This document shows, one piece after another, positions 49,641 to 62,068 of a DNA stretch of 64,000 nucleotides; position 1 is the first letter of the stretch, and every line of letters starts with the position of its first letter. Under the pieces are notes generated by a model that saw nothing but the letters and a program-made list of their open reading frames with translations, did no database searches and was not told where the DNA came from. Where the stretch lies: the NCBI RefSeq assembly GCF_050699995.1, contig NZ_JBOHGC010000209.1, forward strand, positions 1,597 through 65,596, written 5' to 3'. The DNA is from Actinokineospora sp. (GTDB taxonomy: Bacteria; Actinomycetota; Actinomycetes; Mycobacteriales; Pseudonocardiaceae). Position numbers and translations under genes: made by a program.

Positions 49641-49720
49641 GCCTACAAGTGGTACACCTCGACATGAAGTGTCACACCCACTATTCGGATGAACTTGCCG
49701 GTAACTTGTACTGTCCTCCC

Positions 49721-50113
49721 ATGGCATCGGACGGGCTGACCCGACTCGGCGACGGCAAATACCTCCTGGTCACCACCTTCAAGCGCGACGGCACCGCGGT
49801 CCCCACCCCGGTCTGGGTCGCGCGCGACGGTGAGGCCCTCTACTTCTGGACCGTCACCGACTCGGGCAAGGTCAAGCGCATCCGCAACAACGGCCGCGTG
49901 CAGCTCACCGAGTGCGACTTCGGCGGCAAGCCCCTCGGCGACACCTTCGAGGGCAAAGCCCGCCTCCTCGACGCCGACGGGTCCGACCGGGCCCGCTCAC
50001 TGATCCAGAGCAAGTACGGGTTGGTCGGCCGGATCACCATGCTCGGCAGCAGGCTGCGCCGCGGCTCCGAGGGCACCATCGGCGTCGAGATCACCGTGGG
50101 TGCGACCGACTGA
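49721..50113 (+). CDS. PPOX-class (pyridoxamine 5-phosphate oxidase-like) probable F420-dependent enzyme
   Basis: YLLVTTFKRDGTAVPTPVWVA...LYFWT...KVKRIRNNGRV pattern of the small split-barrel family. Confidence 0.7.
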   Translation: MASDGLTRLGDGKYLLVTTFKRDGTAVPTPVWVARDGEALYFWTVTDSGKVKRIRNNGRVQLTECDFGGKPLGDTFEGKARLLDADGSDRARSLIQSKYGLVGRITMLGSRLRRGSEGTIGVEITVGATD

Positions 50114-50117
50114 CGCC

Positions 50118-50267
50118 TCAGTGCCCGGCGTCGCGCCGGTCGTACTCGTGGAACGCCTCTGCGACACTGCCTTCGAGAACGCAGGCCATCGCGTAGGAGA
50201 TCGTCGAGATCCACGCTTCGAGCCGCTCGACGTCCGCATCGCTGATCAGGTTGTTGCGCCGGAGCAT
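50118..50267 (-). CDS. small ORF (49 aa, MLRRNNLISDADVERLEAWISTISYAMACVLEG...)
   Basis: Below the track size cutoff. Good GC3. Lies in the same frame as priA, with no stop between the priA TAG and this ATG. No clear SD. Confidence 0.25.
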   Translation of the reverse strand: MLRRNNLISDADVERLEAWISTISYAMACVLEGSVAEAFHEYDRRDAGH

Positions 50268-50336
50268 CCCATCAGGATCGACCCCCCCATGCGCGGCGTG
50301 CCGCGAGGTGGTGTCGAGCCTGGTGGGCAGCTGCCA

Positions 50337-51068
50337 CTACGGCAAGGCCGACAGCGCCTCGGGAAGGGTGAAGTTGCCGTTGTACAAGGCTTTTCCGACG
50401 ATCGCACCCTCGACGCCGAGGTCGGACAGGCCCGCGAGGGCGATCAGGTCGTCCACACTGGACACTCCGCCGGAGGCGATCACCGGGGCGTCCGTGCGCG
50501 CGCAGACGTCGCTGAGCAGCTTCAGGTTCGGGCCCTGGAGGGTGCCGTCCTTGCTGACATCGGTGACCACGTAACGGGAGCAGCCGTCCTTGTCGAGGCG
50601 CTCCAACACATCCCACAGCTCGCCGCCGTCGGTGGTCCAGCCGCGGGCCGCGACCCGGTGGACGCCGTCGACGATGCGCACGTCCAGGCCGACCGCGACC
50701 TTCTCGCCGTGTTCGGCGATGGCCTTGGCGCACCAGGTGGGGTCTTCCAGCGCCGCGGTGCCCAGGTTGACCCGGGCGCAGCCGGTCGCCAGTGCGGCGG
50801 CCAGGGAGTCGTCGTCGCGGATGCCGCCCGACAGCTCGACCTTCACGTCGAGGGTGCCGACGACCTCGGCGATGAGGTCGCGGTTGCTGCCCCGGCCGAA
50901 AGCGGCGTCGAGGTCGACCAGATGGACCCACTCGGCGCCGTCGGTCTGCCACGCGAGGGCGGCGTCCAGCGGGGAGCCGTAGTCGGTCTCGGTGCCCGCG
51001 GCACCCTGGACGAGTCGGACGGCCTGGCCGTAGGCCACGTCGACGGCGGGTAGCAAGTAGAAGCTCAC
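50337..51068 (-). CDS. priA: phosphoribosyl isomerase A (HisA/TrpF dual-substrate type expected in actinomycetes)
   Basis: HisA fold motifs ([24 protein letters not shown]-like [15 protein letters not shown]). No trpF is present in the trp cluster in this window. Confidence 0.88.
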   Translation of the reverse strand: MSFYLLPAVDVAYGQAVRLVQGAAGTETDYGSPLDAALAWQTDGAEWVHLVDLDAAFGRGSNRDLIAEVVGTLDVKVELSGGIRDDDSLAAALATGCARVNLGTAALEDPTWCAKAIAEHGEKVAVGLDVRIVDGVHRVAARGWTTDGGELWDVLERLDKDGCSRYVVTDVSKDGTLQGPNLKLLSDVCARTDAPVIASGGVSSVDDLIALAGLSDLGVEGAIVGKALYNGNFTLPEALSALP

Positions 51069-51077
51069 CGGAGCAGC

Positions 51078-51311
51078 CTATGCGGCCGGGTGCGCGCGGC
51101 GGTGCATGAGGTAGCCCACGGCGAAGCCGACGACCAGGAGCAGTGCCCACACCCACAGCGGCAGGGTGCCGATCAGCGCGGTCAGCACCCCGGCGAGGGC
51201 GGCGCCGACCGCGCCGCCGAGCGTCGTGGCGGTGGACCGCCTGCGCCTGCGCGCCGTGGTCGAGCGCCGTCGGCTGGCGGGTGTGGTGCGCCGCTTGCGC
51301 GGGGCGGTCAT
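51078..51311 (-). CDS. small Arg-rich/hydrophobic membrane protein between hisH and priA
   Basis: ATGA overlap with the hisH stop. Basic N-terminus followed by two hydrophobic segments (77 aa). Confidence 0.45.
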   Translation of the reverse strand: MTAPRKRRTTPASRRRSTTARRRRRSTATTLGGAVGAALAGVLTALIGTLPLWVWALLLVVGFAVGYLMHRRAHPAA

Positions 51312-51943
51312 CCCGTGACGTCCTTGAGCCAGTTCTCCAGCAGCCGCGCGCCCGCGTCGCCGGACTTCTCCGGGTGGAACTGGGTGGCCGATAGCGGCCC
51401 GTTCTCTGCCGCGGCCACGAAGTCGCCGCCGTGGTTCGCCCAGGTGACCAGCGGCGGGATCATCGGCGGTTCCGGGTGCAGGTCCCAGGTGCGCGCCGCG
51501 TAGGAGTGCACGAAATAGAACCGGGTCTCCGGGTCCATTCCGCCGAACAGCACCGACTTCTCCGGCGCGCGCACGGTGTTCCAGCCCATGTGCGGCACGA
51601 TCGGGGCGTCGAGGCGGTCGACGACGCCGGGCCACTCGGCGCAGCCCTCGGTCTCCACGCCGTGCTCGATACCGCGCTCGAAGAGGATCTGCATGCCGAC
51701 GCAGATGCCCAGCACCGGACGGCCGCCCGCGAGCCTGCGACCGATGATCCGGTCGCCGCGAATGCCTCGCAGGCCCGCCATGCAGGCGGCGTACGCGCCG
51801 ACACCGGGGACGACCAGCGCATCGCACTCGACGGCTGCCTGGAAGTCGCCGGTCACCTCGACCTCGGCGCCGACGCGGCGCAGGGCTCGCTCAGCGGAGC
51901 GCAGGTTTCCGGATCCGTAATCAAGTACGACGACTCGTGCCAC
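51308..51943 (-). CDS. hisH: imidazole glycerol phosphate synthase glutamine amidotransferase subunit
   Basis: [13 protein letters not shown], catalytic Cys context LGICVGMQ, and the HSY motif. Confidence 0.9.
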   Translation of the reverse strand: MARVVVLDYGSGNLRSAERALRRVGAEVEVTGDFQAAVECDALVVPGVGAYAACMAGLRGIRGDRIIGRRLAGGRPVLGICVGMQILFERGIEHGVETEGCAEWPGVVDRLDAPIVPHMGWNTVRAPEKSVLFGGMDPETRFYFVHSYAARTWDLHPEPPMIPPLVTWANHGGDFVAAAENGPLSATQFHPEKSGDAGARLLENWLKDVTG

Positions 51944-52067
51944 GCCGTTCAGCCTAGTCGCTGGACGCGCGTGACCTAACCGTGACCAAACTGGCGTGTC
52001 AATTCACTCGAAAGTGGGTAATCACCAGGTCACGGCCAGGTCGGGCCGGAGTCCGAGGAGGGCGACA

Positions 52068-52295
52068 ATGACCACCAACACCCGGGTGCGCTGGGGTTTG
52101 GCCGTCATCCTGTTCTTTGCCGCGATCGTCGACGCCTACCTGGCGATGTCGGAGTCGGTGGTGTGGCCCGCCGTGCTCGCCGTCGTCTGGCTCGGCATCG
52201 CGGGTGCGCTCATCACGCCGCGCCCGGCTTCCCCTGCCATCGAGGTCCCCCGGCCCCGGACCGCGCCCGCACCCACGCGCGCGGCACACGTCTGA
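52068..52295 (+). CDS. small two-TM membrane protein
   Basis: ATG 52068 (MTTNTRVRWGLAVILFFAAIV...). Hydrophobic core followed by a Pro-rich tail. Confidence 0.35.
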   Translation: MTTNTRVRWGLAVILFFAAIVDAYLAMSESVVWPAVLAVVWLGIAGALITPRPASPAIEVPRPRTAPAPTRAAHV

Positions 52296-52299
52296 GCGG

Positions 52300-53211
52300 T
52301 CAGTACCCGAGGAGTTCCCTCAGGGTCTTCGCGATCCCGGCGGCGTCGAGCCCGTGGATCTCGTCGTGCTGCTCGGGCGTTCCGTAGGCACGCACTTCCA
52401 GGTCCCGCCGCACGCCGACCGAACGCTGCCGGTGCGGGACGTCGGCGAGCGCGTCGGCGACTTGGGCGGCCGAGGTCCCCCGCAGGTACGGCTCCACGAC
52501 CAGCACGTTCGGCGCGGCCGAGTCGACCGCGGCCCGCAGGCCCGCGCTGTCGAACGGCCGGATCGTCGGGGTGTAGAGCACCGAGACGTCCAGGCCCTCG
52601 CTCGCGGCCAGCACGGTGTCCAGGGTGGGGCCGATCGCGAGGACGGCGCCCAGGCTGCCGTGCTTGAGCGGGACGAACTCGCCGGTCACCGGCTGCGGTC
52701 GAGAGTTGGACCGCGCGGACAGCCGCAGGTAGACGCGGTCGTCGCCGGCGATGGCGCCCGCGAGCAGCGGGCCGACCTCATCAGGGTGGCCCGGGACATG
52801 CACCGTCCAGCCCGGCAGCGTGTCGAAGAGCGCGACGTCGGCGGCCGCCTGGTGGGTGCGGCCCATGGCGGGGTTGTCGTAGGAGGCGCCGACGCTGACC
52901 AGGACAGCCCCGACGTCCTGGTGGCCCAGGTCGAGTTTGATCTGCTCGTAGGGCCGCTCGACGAGGAACGGGCCGTAGGTGTGCACGACCGGGCGGAAAC
53001 CGGTCAGCGCGAGACCGCCCGCCACCCCGATCATCGCCTGTTCGCGGATGCCGACGTTGACCACCCGGTCCGGGTAGTCGCGCAGCGGCCGGTCGAACAG
53101 GTCGCGCGAGATCGCGGCGAGCACGAGCGCCACCCGCGGGTCCTGGTCGAGCGCCTCGGTCAGGTGCACGGCGAACGCCTCACCCATGGTGCGCAGGTCG
53201 ACGGTGGTCAT
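52300..53211 (-). CDS. transketolase-family protein, C-terminal (pyrimidine-binding) section
   Basis: NVGIREQAMIGVAGGLALTGFRPVVHTY and GRTHQ motifs of the split-transketolase C-terminal subunit. Confidence 0.8.
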   Translation of the reverse strand: MTTVDLRTMGEAFAVHLTEALDQDPRVALVLAAISRDLFDRPLRDYPDRVVNVGIREQAMIGVAGGLALTGFRPVVHTYGPFLVERPYEQIKLDLGHQDVGAVLVSVGASYDNPAMGRTHQAAADVALFDTLPGWTVHVPGHPDEVGPLLAGAIAGDDRVYLRLSARSNSRPQPVTGEFVPLKHGSLGAVLAIGPTLDTVLAASEGLDVSVLYTPTIRPFDSAGLRAAVDSAAPNVLVVEPYLRGTSAAQVADALADVPHRQRSVGVRRDLEVRAYGTPEQHDEIHGLDAAGIAKTLRELLGY

Positions 53212-53215
53212 GCTG

Positions 53216-53605
53216 TCAGCCCTTCTGGACGTCGGCGACCACGACGAGCGTCCTGCCGGGGTGGTCGGCGGTGAGAGCGGCGTGGATGGCGTCGTGGTCG
53301 CGGCCGTCGACGGTGGCGGTCGCCCAGTTCTCCACCGCGAAGCGCTCCGCGATGCCGCCCGGCCAGCCGTGGTCGGAGCTGTGGTTGTCGATCACGAGGA
53401 CGGCGTAGAAAGCCATGGGGCCGTGGCCTTTGGACAGCAGGAAGCGGTCGCGGTCGGGGTCGTCGACACGGTCCGGGGCGACGTCGAGCACCCGGTCATA
53501 GAGGACCCACAGCACGTCGAGCGTCGACGCCGCGGCCCACTCGTGCTTCTCGTCGCCGGTCATCCTGGCGAACAAGGCCGCCAGGTGCGTGGTGTCGGAT
53601 GTCAT
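53216..53605 (-). CDS. truncated/degenerate transketolase N-terminal section
   Basis: DRFLLSKGHGPMAFYAVL is followed directly by VIDNHSSDHG...VDGRDHDAIHAAL. The roughly 110 residues that normally carry the ThDP-binding GDG...N motif appear to be absent. The start is uncertain (ATG 53605 or GTG 53632). Confidence 0.6.
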   Translation of the reverse strand: MTSDTTHLAALFARMTGDEKHEWAAASTLDVLWVLYDRVLDVAPDRVDDPDRDRFLLSKGHGPMAFYAVLVIDNHSSDHGWPGGIAERFAVENWATATVDGRDHDAIHAALTADHPGRTLVVVADVQKG

Positions 53606-53690
53606 GGGCCTACGGTGCAACTTCGAGTTCACTGGAGGTCAAGAACCTGCTGGCGATCCTGACCGGCACTGTGATCCACTACACCCCGTT

Positions 53691-54221
53691 ATGCACATCA
53701 AACTCTCCAAGCGCCTGTCGAAGGCGCTGCGGCACGACCCGGCCCACCTGGGCCTCACCCTGGACGCCGCGGGCTGGACCGACATCACCGCCGTCCTCGC
53801 CGCCCTGCGCGTCGACCGCGCCAGCCTCGACGCCGTCGTGGCCGAGAACAACAAGCAGCGGTTCGCCTACGACGAGTCCGGGACGCGGATCCGGGCCAGC
53901 CAGGGCCACAGCGTCCCCGTCGACCTCGGCCTGCTGCCCGCCACCCCGCCGGACGTGCTCTACCACGGGACGGTGGCGGCGGTACTCCCCGCGATCATGG
54001 CGGACGGGCTGCGGCCGATGAACCGCCACCACGTGCATCTGTCGGCGACTCGCGAGACCGCTGTGAGGGTCGGGGCGCGGCGAGGGAAGCCGGTCATCCT
54101 GGTGATCGACGCGGCCGCGATGACGGCCGACTGCCACGTCTTCCACGTCAGCGCCAACGGCGTCTGGCTGACCGACCACGTGCCGTCGCGGTACTTCGAC
54201 CTACCTGGAGGTCCCCGGTAG
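53691..54221 (+). CDS. kptA: RNA 2-prime-phosphotransferase (Tpt1/KptA family)
   Basis: LSKRLSKALRHDPAHLGLTLDAAGW...RIRASQGHS...LYHGT...HVHLS, i.e. the conserved R-H-R-R catalytic pattern. Confidence 0.8.
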   Translation: MHIKLSKRLSKALRHDPAHLGLTLDAAGWTDITAVLAALRVDRASLDAVVAENNKQRFAYDESGTRIRASQGHSVPVDLGLLPATPPDVLYHGTVAAVLPAIMADGLRPMNRHHVHLSATRETAVRVGARRGKPVILVIDAAAMTADCHVFHVSANGVWLTDHVPSRYFDLPGGPR

Positions 54222-54230
54222 GCTCTCGGG

Positions 54231-54692
54231 GTGTCCAAGCTTCCAGAGATGCTGACCATCGGCGAGGTCGCCGATCGCAGCGGTGTTCCCCATACGGCCC
54301 TGCGCTTCTACGAAGAGCGCGGGCTGATCACCTCCGAGCGCACGGCGGGCAACCAGCGGCGGTACGCGCGGGCGGTGTTGCGGCGGTTGGCGTTCATCCG
54401 GACCGCCCAGCGGGTCGGGCTGTCATTGGAAGAGATCCACGACGCGCTCGATTTGCTGCCCGAGCGGCGGACGCCGACGAAGGTGGACTGGAGCAAACTG
54501 TCCAAGTCCTGGCGCGGCGAGATCGAGGCACGCATCGACGCTTTACAACGGCTGCGCGACAACCTGACGTCCTGCATCGGGTGCGGGTGCCTGTCGCTCA
54601 AGTCCTGTGGGCTGATCAACAGTGAGGACGCGCTGGCGAAGTTCGGGCCCGGCGCGCCGCGGCTGAAGGCGGCGACCGAGGGCGGGATCTGA
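54231..54692 (+). CDS. soxR: redox-sensitive MerR-family regulator SoxR
   Basis: MerR HTH (LTIGEVADRSGVPHTALRFYEERGL) plus the [2Fe-2S] motif CIGCGCLSLKSC. Confidence 0.85.
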   Translation: MSKLPEMLTIGEVADRSGVPHTALRFYEERGLITSERTAGNQRRYARAVLRRLAFIRTAQRVGLSLEEIHDALDLLPERRTPTKVDWSKLSKSWRGEIEARIDALQRLRDNLTSCIGCGCLSLKSCGLINSEDALAKFGPGAPRLKAATEGGI

Positions 54693-54837
54693 TGTGGCTG
54701 TGACATGGCAGCTACGCCACTCCGCGCCCCGGCGGCGGCCGCGACCTCGGCGACATCACCGACCCGATCCGCCGCGAGGACCTGCGCACCGGGGACGCGC
54801 GGGTGGCATCGGGCAAGCACGTGCGGCTCTTCGAGTC

Positions 54838-55002
54838 TCATGAGGAGAGGTACCAAGCCAGGGCACCGCCGCCTGCCATCGCGGCGAAGACGGCCAGGAG
54901 GATGGCCATGCCCTTGGCCGTCTTCCAGGTCGTGTAGACGCCTCCGATGAGGATTCCCGCCAACGCGATCAGGCCGATGACGACGAGGTCCTTCGACAGC
55001 AA
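54838..55002 (-). CDS. small two-TM membrane protein (54 aa) just downstream of hisB
   Basis: Below the track cutoff. GGGAGA lies 5 nt before TTG 55002, which is 18 nt after the hisB stop. Sequence LLSKDLVVIGLIALAGILIGGVYTTWKTAKGMAILLAVFAAMAGGGALAWYLSS. Confidence 0.3.
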   Translation of the reverse strand: MLSKDLVVIGLIALAGILIGGVYTTWKTAKGMAILLAVFAAMAGGGALAWYLSS

Positions 55003-55019
55003 CTCAGTCTCCCGACTGC

Positions 55020-58032
<3,013 letters not shown>

Positions 58033-58103
58033 GGGGTCCTTCCATCAGCGCGGGGACCCCTCAAGAGTAAGGCGTCGCCCTCCCGGCGTGACCGTCGCGT
58101 CCG

Positions 58104-59276
58104 TCACCGCAGGGAGGCGACCGCCTCCACGGCTGTATCGATCTGGTCTGGGGCGACGAAGTAGTGCGGCGAGGCCCGGACGACCTCGCTGAGACCACGC
58201 CGAGTCATGTCGTAGCGGGTGGACGGCAACCCGCTGACCGTCACGGTGATGTCGTGGCCGCGCAGCTTGTCGCGGACCTCGGCCGCGGCCATGCCCTCGA
58301 CGGTGAACGTGACCAGGCCGCACTGCTGTTTGCCCTGGTCACGCACCTGAACACCGGGAATTGACGCCAGACCGTCGCGCAGTCGGCCCGCCCGGTCGGC
58401 GACCGCCGCCGCGATGGCGTCGATGCCCAGGTCCAGGGCGTAGCGGGCGGCGGAGATGAAGCCAAGACGCTCGGCGACGCCGGATTCCCACAGCTCGAAG
58501 ACGCGGGCGTCGTCGCGCAGCTCGAACTCGCTCGCGCCGGTCCACTCGCCGCTGTGCAGGTCGACCAGCCGGGGCACCAGCCGCTCGCGGGCCGCCCGGC
58601 TCACGGCGAGCACTCCGGTCCCGCGCGGGCCGCGCAGCCATTTGCGGCCCGCGCCGCTGATGAAGTCGACGCCCATCCCGCTCAGGGACAGCGGGAGCTG
58701 GCCGATCGACTGGCAGGCGTCGAGCGCCACCATGGCACCCACCTCACGCGCGGCCTCCACGACCGCTTCGACCGGGTTGACCAGGCCGTTGTTCGTCGGC
58801 ACGTGGACCAGTGAGATGAACTTGACTCGCTCGTCGAGCATCCCGCGCAGCGCGTCGACGTCGACCTCGCCGTCCGATGTGGACGGAATCGGCTCGACCG
58901 TGGCGCCGGTGAGTTCGGCCCGGCGGAGCAGCGGGATCGCGTTGCCGCCATATTCGGCCTCGGTGGCGAGCAGGCGGTCGCCCGGTCCGAGCGGCAGCGC
59001 GTCGAAGGCGGCGAGGTAGGAGCGGGTCGCGCTGTCGGTGAAGGCGATCTCATCGGCGGCGCAGCCCAGCAGGTCGGCGAAGACGCCGTAGCCCGCTTCG
59101 AGGTCGTCGAGGCGTTCGGCGCCCGCGCGGTAGCCGCCGACCTCCTCCTCGCGGCGCAGGTGCGCGACGACCTCGTCGACGATCGGGCGCGGGACCAGGG
59201 ATGCTCCGGCGCTGTCGAGGAACACGCCGTTCGCCGCGCCCGGGGTGAGCGCGCGGACGGCTTCCAGGTCGATCAT
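58104..59276 (-). CDS. class V aminotransferase / cysteine desulfurase-like PLP enzyme
   Basis: ATGA overlap at 59273-59276 with the upstream gene. PLP-Lys context FISGAGRKWLRGPRGTG. Confidence 0.75.
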   Translation of the reverse strand: MIDLEAVRALTPGAANGVFLDSAGASLVPRPIVDEVVAHLRREEEVGGYRAGAERLDDLEAGYGVFADLLGCAADEIAFTDSATRSYLAAFDALPLGPGDRLLATEAEYGGNAIPLLRRAELTGATVEPIPSTSDGEVDVDALRGMLDERVKFISLVHVPTNNGLVNPVEAVVEAAREVGAMVALDACQSIGQLPLSLSGMGVDFISGAGRKWLRGPRGTGVLAVSRAARERLVPRLVDLHSGEWTGASEFELRDDARVFELWESGVAERLGFISAARYALDLGIDAIAAAVADRAGRLRDGLASIPGVQVRDQGKQQCGLVTFTVEGMAAAEVRDKLRGHDITVTVSGLPSTRYDMTRRGLSEVVRASPHYFVAPDQIDTAVEAVASLR

Positions 59277-60721
59277 CGAGGTGCCCAGGTCTGCAGGTTC
59301 CACCATGCCCCCCACGTGTGGTCGGTGCCCGGACCGTCGACGACGGCCCGGTATCCGGTCCAATTCTGCCGAATCACGTAGCTGTGTCCGGTCTCGGCGA
59401 GTACCACGGCGGACGGCGCGGCGAGGTAGGCACGGGTCAGCGCCCGGTACGCCACCGCGCGCTGGGCCGGGTCGGTGACGGCGCGCGCCGCCGCGTCGCC
59501 CAGCCACGACAGTGCCCGGCCCGGGTCGAATGGGTCGCCCACCGCGCAAAGTTCGGCGGTGGACCCGGTGAGTGCGTCGCGCGCGACCGGCTCGGCGGTG
59601 ACCCGCACGCCGATCGTGGCGGCGGCGCGGGCGAAGCCCGCGACGAGGTCACGCGCGGTGAGATCACCGGCGGGGTAGCCGACGGGGATGACCGCGAGCA
59701 CGCCCGCCTTGGTGCGCGGCCCGGCCGCGGCGGCCGTCCACCCGGCGGCTTCGAGGAGTTCCTTCGCGCGGGGCACGTCGAGGTCGAAGCGAGCGCTGGG
59801 CTCGGCGAACTCCGCGAGCGCGGCGGGCAGCGGGATCGAGGTCGCGGCGCCCTTGCCCGCCAGCGCCTCCTCCACGAGTTCGCGCCGGTCGACGACGAGG
59901 TTCAGCGCCTGCCGCACCACCGGGTCGCCGGTGACGGGGCCCTCGGGCAGGGAGACCAGCCGGACGTCGCCCGCGGCGTGGTCGACGACGGTGAGGCCTG
60001 AGGTGGCGGCGAAACCCGACGCCAGGGTTGTGGGCAGCACGGCGCCGTCGAGTTTGCCGTCGCGCAGGAGTTGGGCACGGGTCTCGTCGTCGGCGATGAA
60101 CTCGACGGTGACCTCGCTCAGCTTCGGTGTGCCGAGGTAGTAACCGGGGTGGGCCTTGAGGACGAGCTTGCGGCCGGGCTCCCACGCGGCGACCTGGTAC
60201 GGGCCGGTGCCGTTGGTCCCCTCCGCGGCCGGTTTGACGCCCAGGACCAGCAGACCCGCGAACGCCGGGTATGGCTGGGACAGCTCGAAGCGCACCGTGG
60301 CCGCGTCGAGCGCGCGGACGTCGGACAGCATCCAGAACTTCGGGCGCACCGGGCCGTCGAGCACACGCCGGTAGGTCGCGACGACGTCGTCGGCGTCGAA
60401 CGGGCTGCCATCGTGGAACTTCACGTCGCCGCGCAGGGTGACCGTCCAGGATCGACCGTCGGCCGCGGGCAGGGGCAGCGCGGCGGCCAGCGCGGCCCGG
60501 AGCGTGCCGCCCGGCTGGTACTCGACGAGCCCGTCGTAGATCTTCCCCGCGCCGAGCGGGGCGTATCCGGCGGCCGGGTCGAGCGAGGCGGGCGCGACGG
60601 CCGCGGCGATCACCATCGATCGACCGTCGGGATCACCGGAGGCGGGCGGGGTAGGTTCGGCCGTGCAGGCGGCCAGGGAAATCATCAGGACGACAGCGGC
60701 TACCGCACGCAGAACCGGCAC
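59273..60721 (-). CDS. ABC transporter substrate-binding lipoprotein, family 5 (peptide/nickel type)
   Basis: Lipobox SLAAC. Family-5 architecture (SLDPA..., KFHDGSPFDADDVV). Confidence 0.8.
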   Translation of the reverse strand: MPVLRAVAAVVLMISLAACTAEPTPPASGDPDGRSMVIAAAVAPASLDPAAGYAPLGAGKIYDGLVEYQPGGTLRAALAAALPLPAADGRSWTVTLRGDVKFHDGSPFDADDVVATYRRVLDGPVRPKFWMLSDVRALDAATVRFELSQPYPAFAGLLVLGVKPAAEGTNGTGPYQVAAWEPGRKLVLKAHPGYYLGTPKLSEVTVEFIADDETRAQLLRDGKLDGAVLPTTLASGFAATSGLTVVDHAAGDVRLVSLPEGPVTGDPVVRQALNLVVDRRELVEEALAGKGAATSIPLPAALAEFAEPSARFDLDVPRAKELLEAAGWTAAAAGPRTKAGVLAVIPVGYPAGDLTARDLVAGFARAAATIGVRVTAEPVARDALTGSTAELCAVGDPFDPGRALSWLGDAAARAVTDPAQRAVAYRALTRAYLAAPSAVVLAETGHSYVIRQNWTGYRAVVDGPGTDHTWGAWWNLQTWAPR

Positions 60722-60737
60722 GACCCCACAGTATCCC

Positions 60738-60787
60738 CCGAGGATGCTGCGTTCATGGTCCTTCCGAGGATGCTACGGGTTCATGCC
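60738..60787. repeat. imperfect tandem direct repeat CCGAGGATGCT(G/A)CG(-/G)GTTCATG, two copies
   Basis: Copies at 60738-60758 and 60764-60787, read directly. Intergenic between the binding-protein start and tnpB. Confidence 0.5.
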
Positions 60788-60827
60788 GGGGAGGAACCGC
60801 GTGCCGGAGCGCTTACTGCCCGGCATG
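60782..60827. repeat. 9-bp perfect inverted repeat CATGCCGGG / CCCGGCATG, 28-nt spacer
   Basis: Read directly. Lies 58 nt upstream of the tnpB start. Possible element-end hairpin or promoter structure. Confidence 0.4.
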
Positions 60828-60884
60828 TCCGGTTTCAAACTCGGTCTCCTGTTTTTGTCGGTGGTGGCCATTAGGTTGATCGAC

Positions 60885-62068
60885 ATGTCCCGGTTCCGTC
60901 TTCAACCGACCCCCGCCCAGGAGCGGGTGTTGCTGCAGCACTGTGGGCATGCCCGGTTCGTGTGGAATCTCGCGGTGGAGCAGCACGCGCACTGGCAGCC
61001 GGGGCGCATGGCAGCGCCGGGACACACCGAGCAGTGCCGTCAGTTGACCGAGGCGAGGGCGGCGAACCCGTGGTTGGCGGCCGGCTCGGTAATGGTTCAG
61101 CAGCAGGCGTTGAAGGACTTCGCTCAGGCGAAAGCGAACTTCTTCCGCAAGACTCATCGACAGCCGACGTGGCGCAGACGCGGTCGCGGAGAGGGTTTCC
61201 GGATCGTCTCTGTGGCGTCTGGCGACTGGCGTCGGATCTCCCGCACTATCGGCGAGGTCCGGGTGCCCAAAGTCGGATGGGTGCGATTCCGCCGGTCGCT
61301 GACGGCGCGAAGTCCTACCGGATCACCCGTGATCGGGCGGGGCGTTGGCATGTGGCGTTCGCCGTGGTGCCCGCGCCGATCGCCGGACCGGGCACGGGTG
61401 CGGCTGTAGGAGTGGACCGGGGCGTGGTGGTGTCGGCCGCGCTGTCCACAGGGGAACTGTTGACGGCGCTCGCTCTACGCGACAGTGAGAAGGCACGGTT
61501 GCTGCGGCTGCAACGCAAGCTCGCCCGGGCGCAACGCGGCTCCAACCGGCGCGGCAAGGTGAAGACCGCGATCGCGAGGCTCAAGGCCCGCGAAACCGAC
61601 CGGCGAAAGGACTGGGTGGAGAAGACCAGCACCCGTCTCGCCCGGGAGTTCGACGTGATCGCGGTCGAAAACCTCAAGATCGCTAACATGACCAGGTCAG
61701 CGAAAGGCACCGCCGAAGTACCCGGTCGGGGTGTGCGGCGGAAGGCGGGCCTGAACCGGGGAATCCTGGCCAACGGATGGGACCAGTTGGTGACCCGTCT
61801 AGAACAGAAGGCACCGGGTCGCATGGTGAAGGTCGACCCGCGGTTCACCAGTCAGCGTTGTTCGGCGTGCGGGGTCGTGGATCGGGAGGCGCCCGAGAGC
61901 CAAGCCGTCTTCCGGTGCCGGTCCTGCGGTTTCGCCGCCAACGCGGATGTGAACGCGGCACTGAATATTCGATTCGCGGCAGGGCATGCCGTGGCTGCAC
62001 GGGGAGGCCCGCCGTTGGGTGAGCCCGCGAACCGTGAACCTCAACGCGACCACCTCCCCGTGTGGTAG
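60885..62068 (+). mobile_element. tnpB: solo IS200/IS605-IS607-type tnpB (RNA-guided nuclease family), disrupted by a frameshift near 61290-61300
   Basis: N-terminal part in the frame of ATG 60885 (MSRFRLQPTPAQERVLLQHCGHARFVWNLAVEQ...VPKVGWVRFRRS). The rest is in the frame of track ORF 60962 (DGAKSYRITRDRAGRWHVAF...GVDRGV...IAVENL...zinc ribbon CSACG...CRSCG...NADVNAALNI). No tnpA adjacent. Confidence 0.8.

Noticed and set aside
60876-60880. TTGAT, the target-adjacent motif of the Deinococcus ISDra2 TnpB, just upstream of tnpB.
   Set aside because: It lies only 4 nt before the tnpB ATG and leaves no room for a left-end hairpin. A 5-mer match is expected by chance, and this element belongs to a different tnpB lineage.
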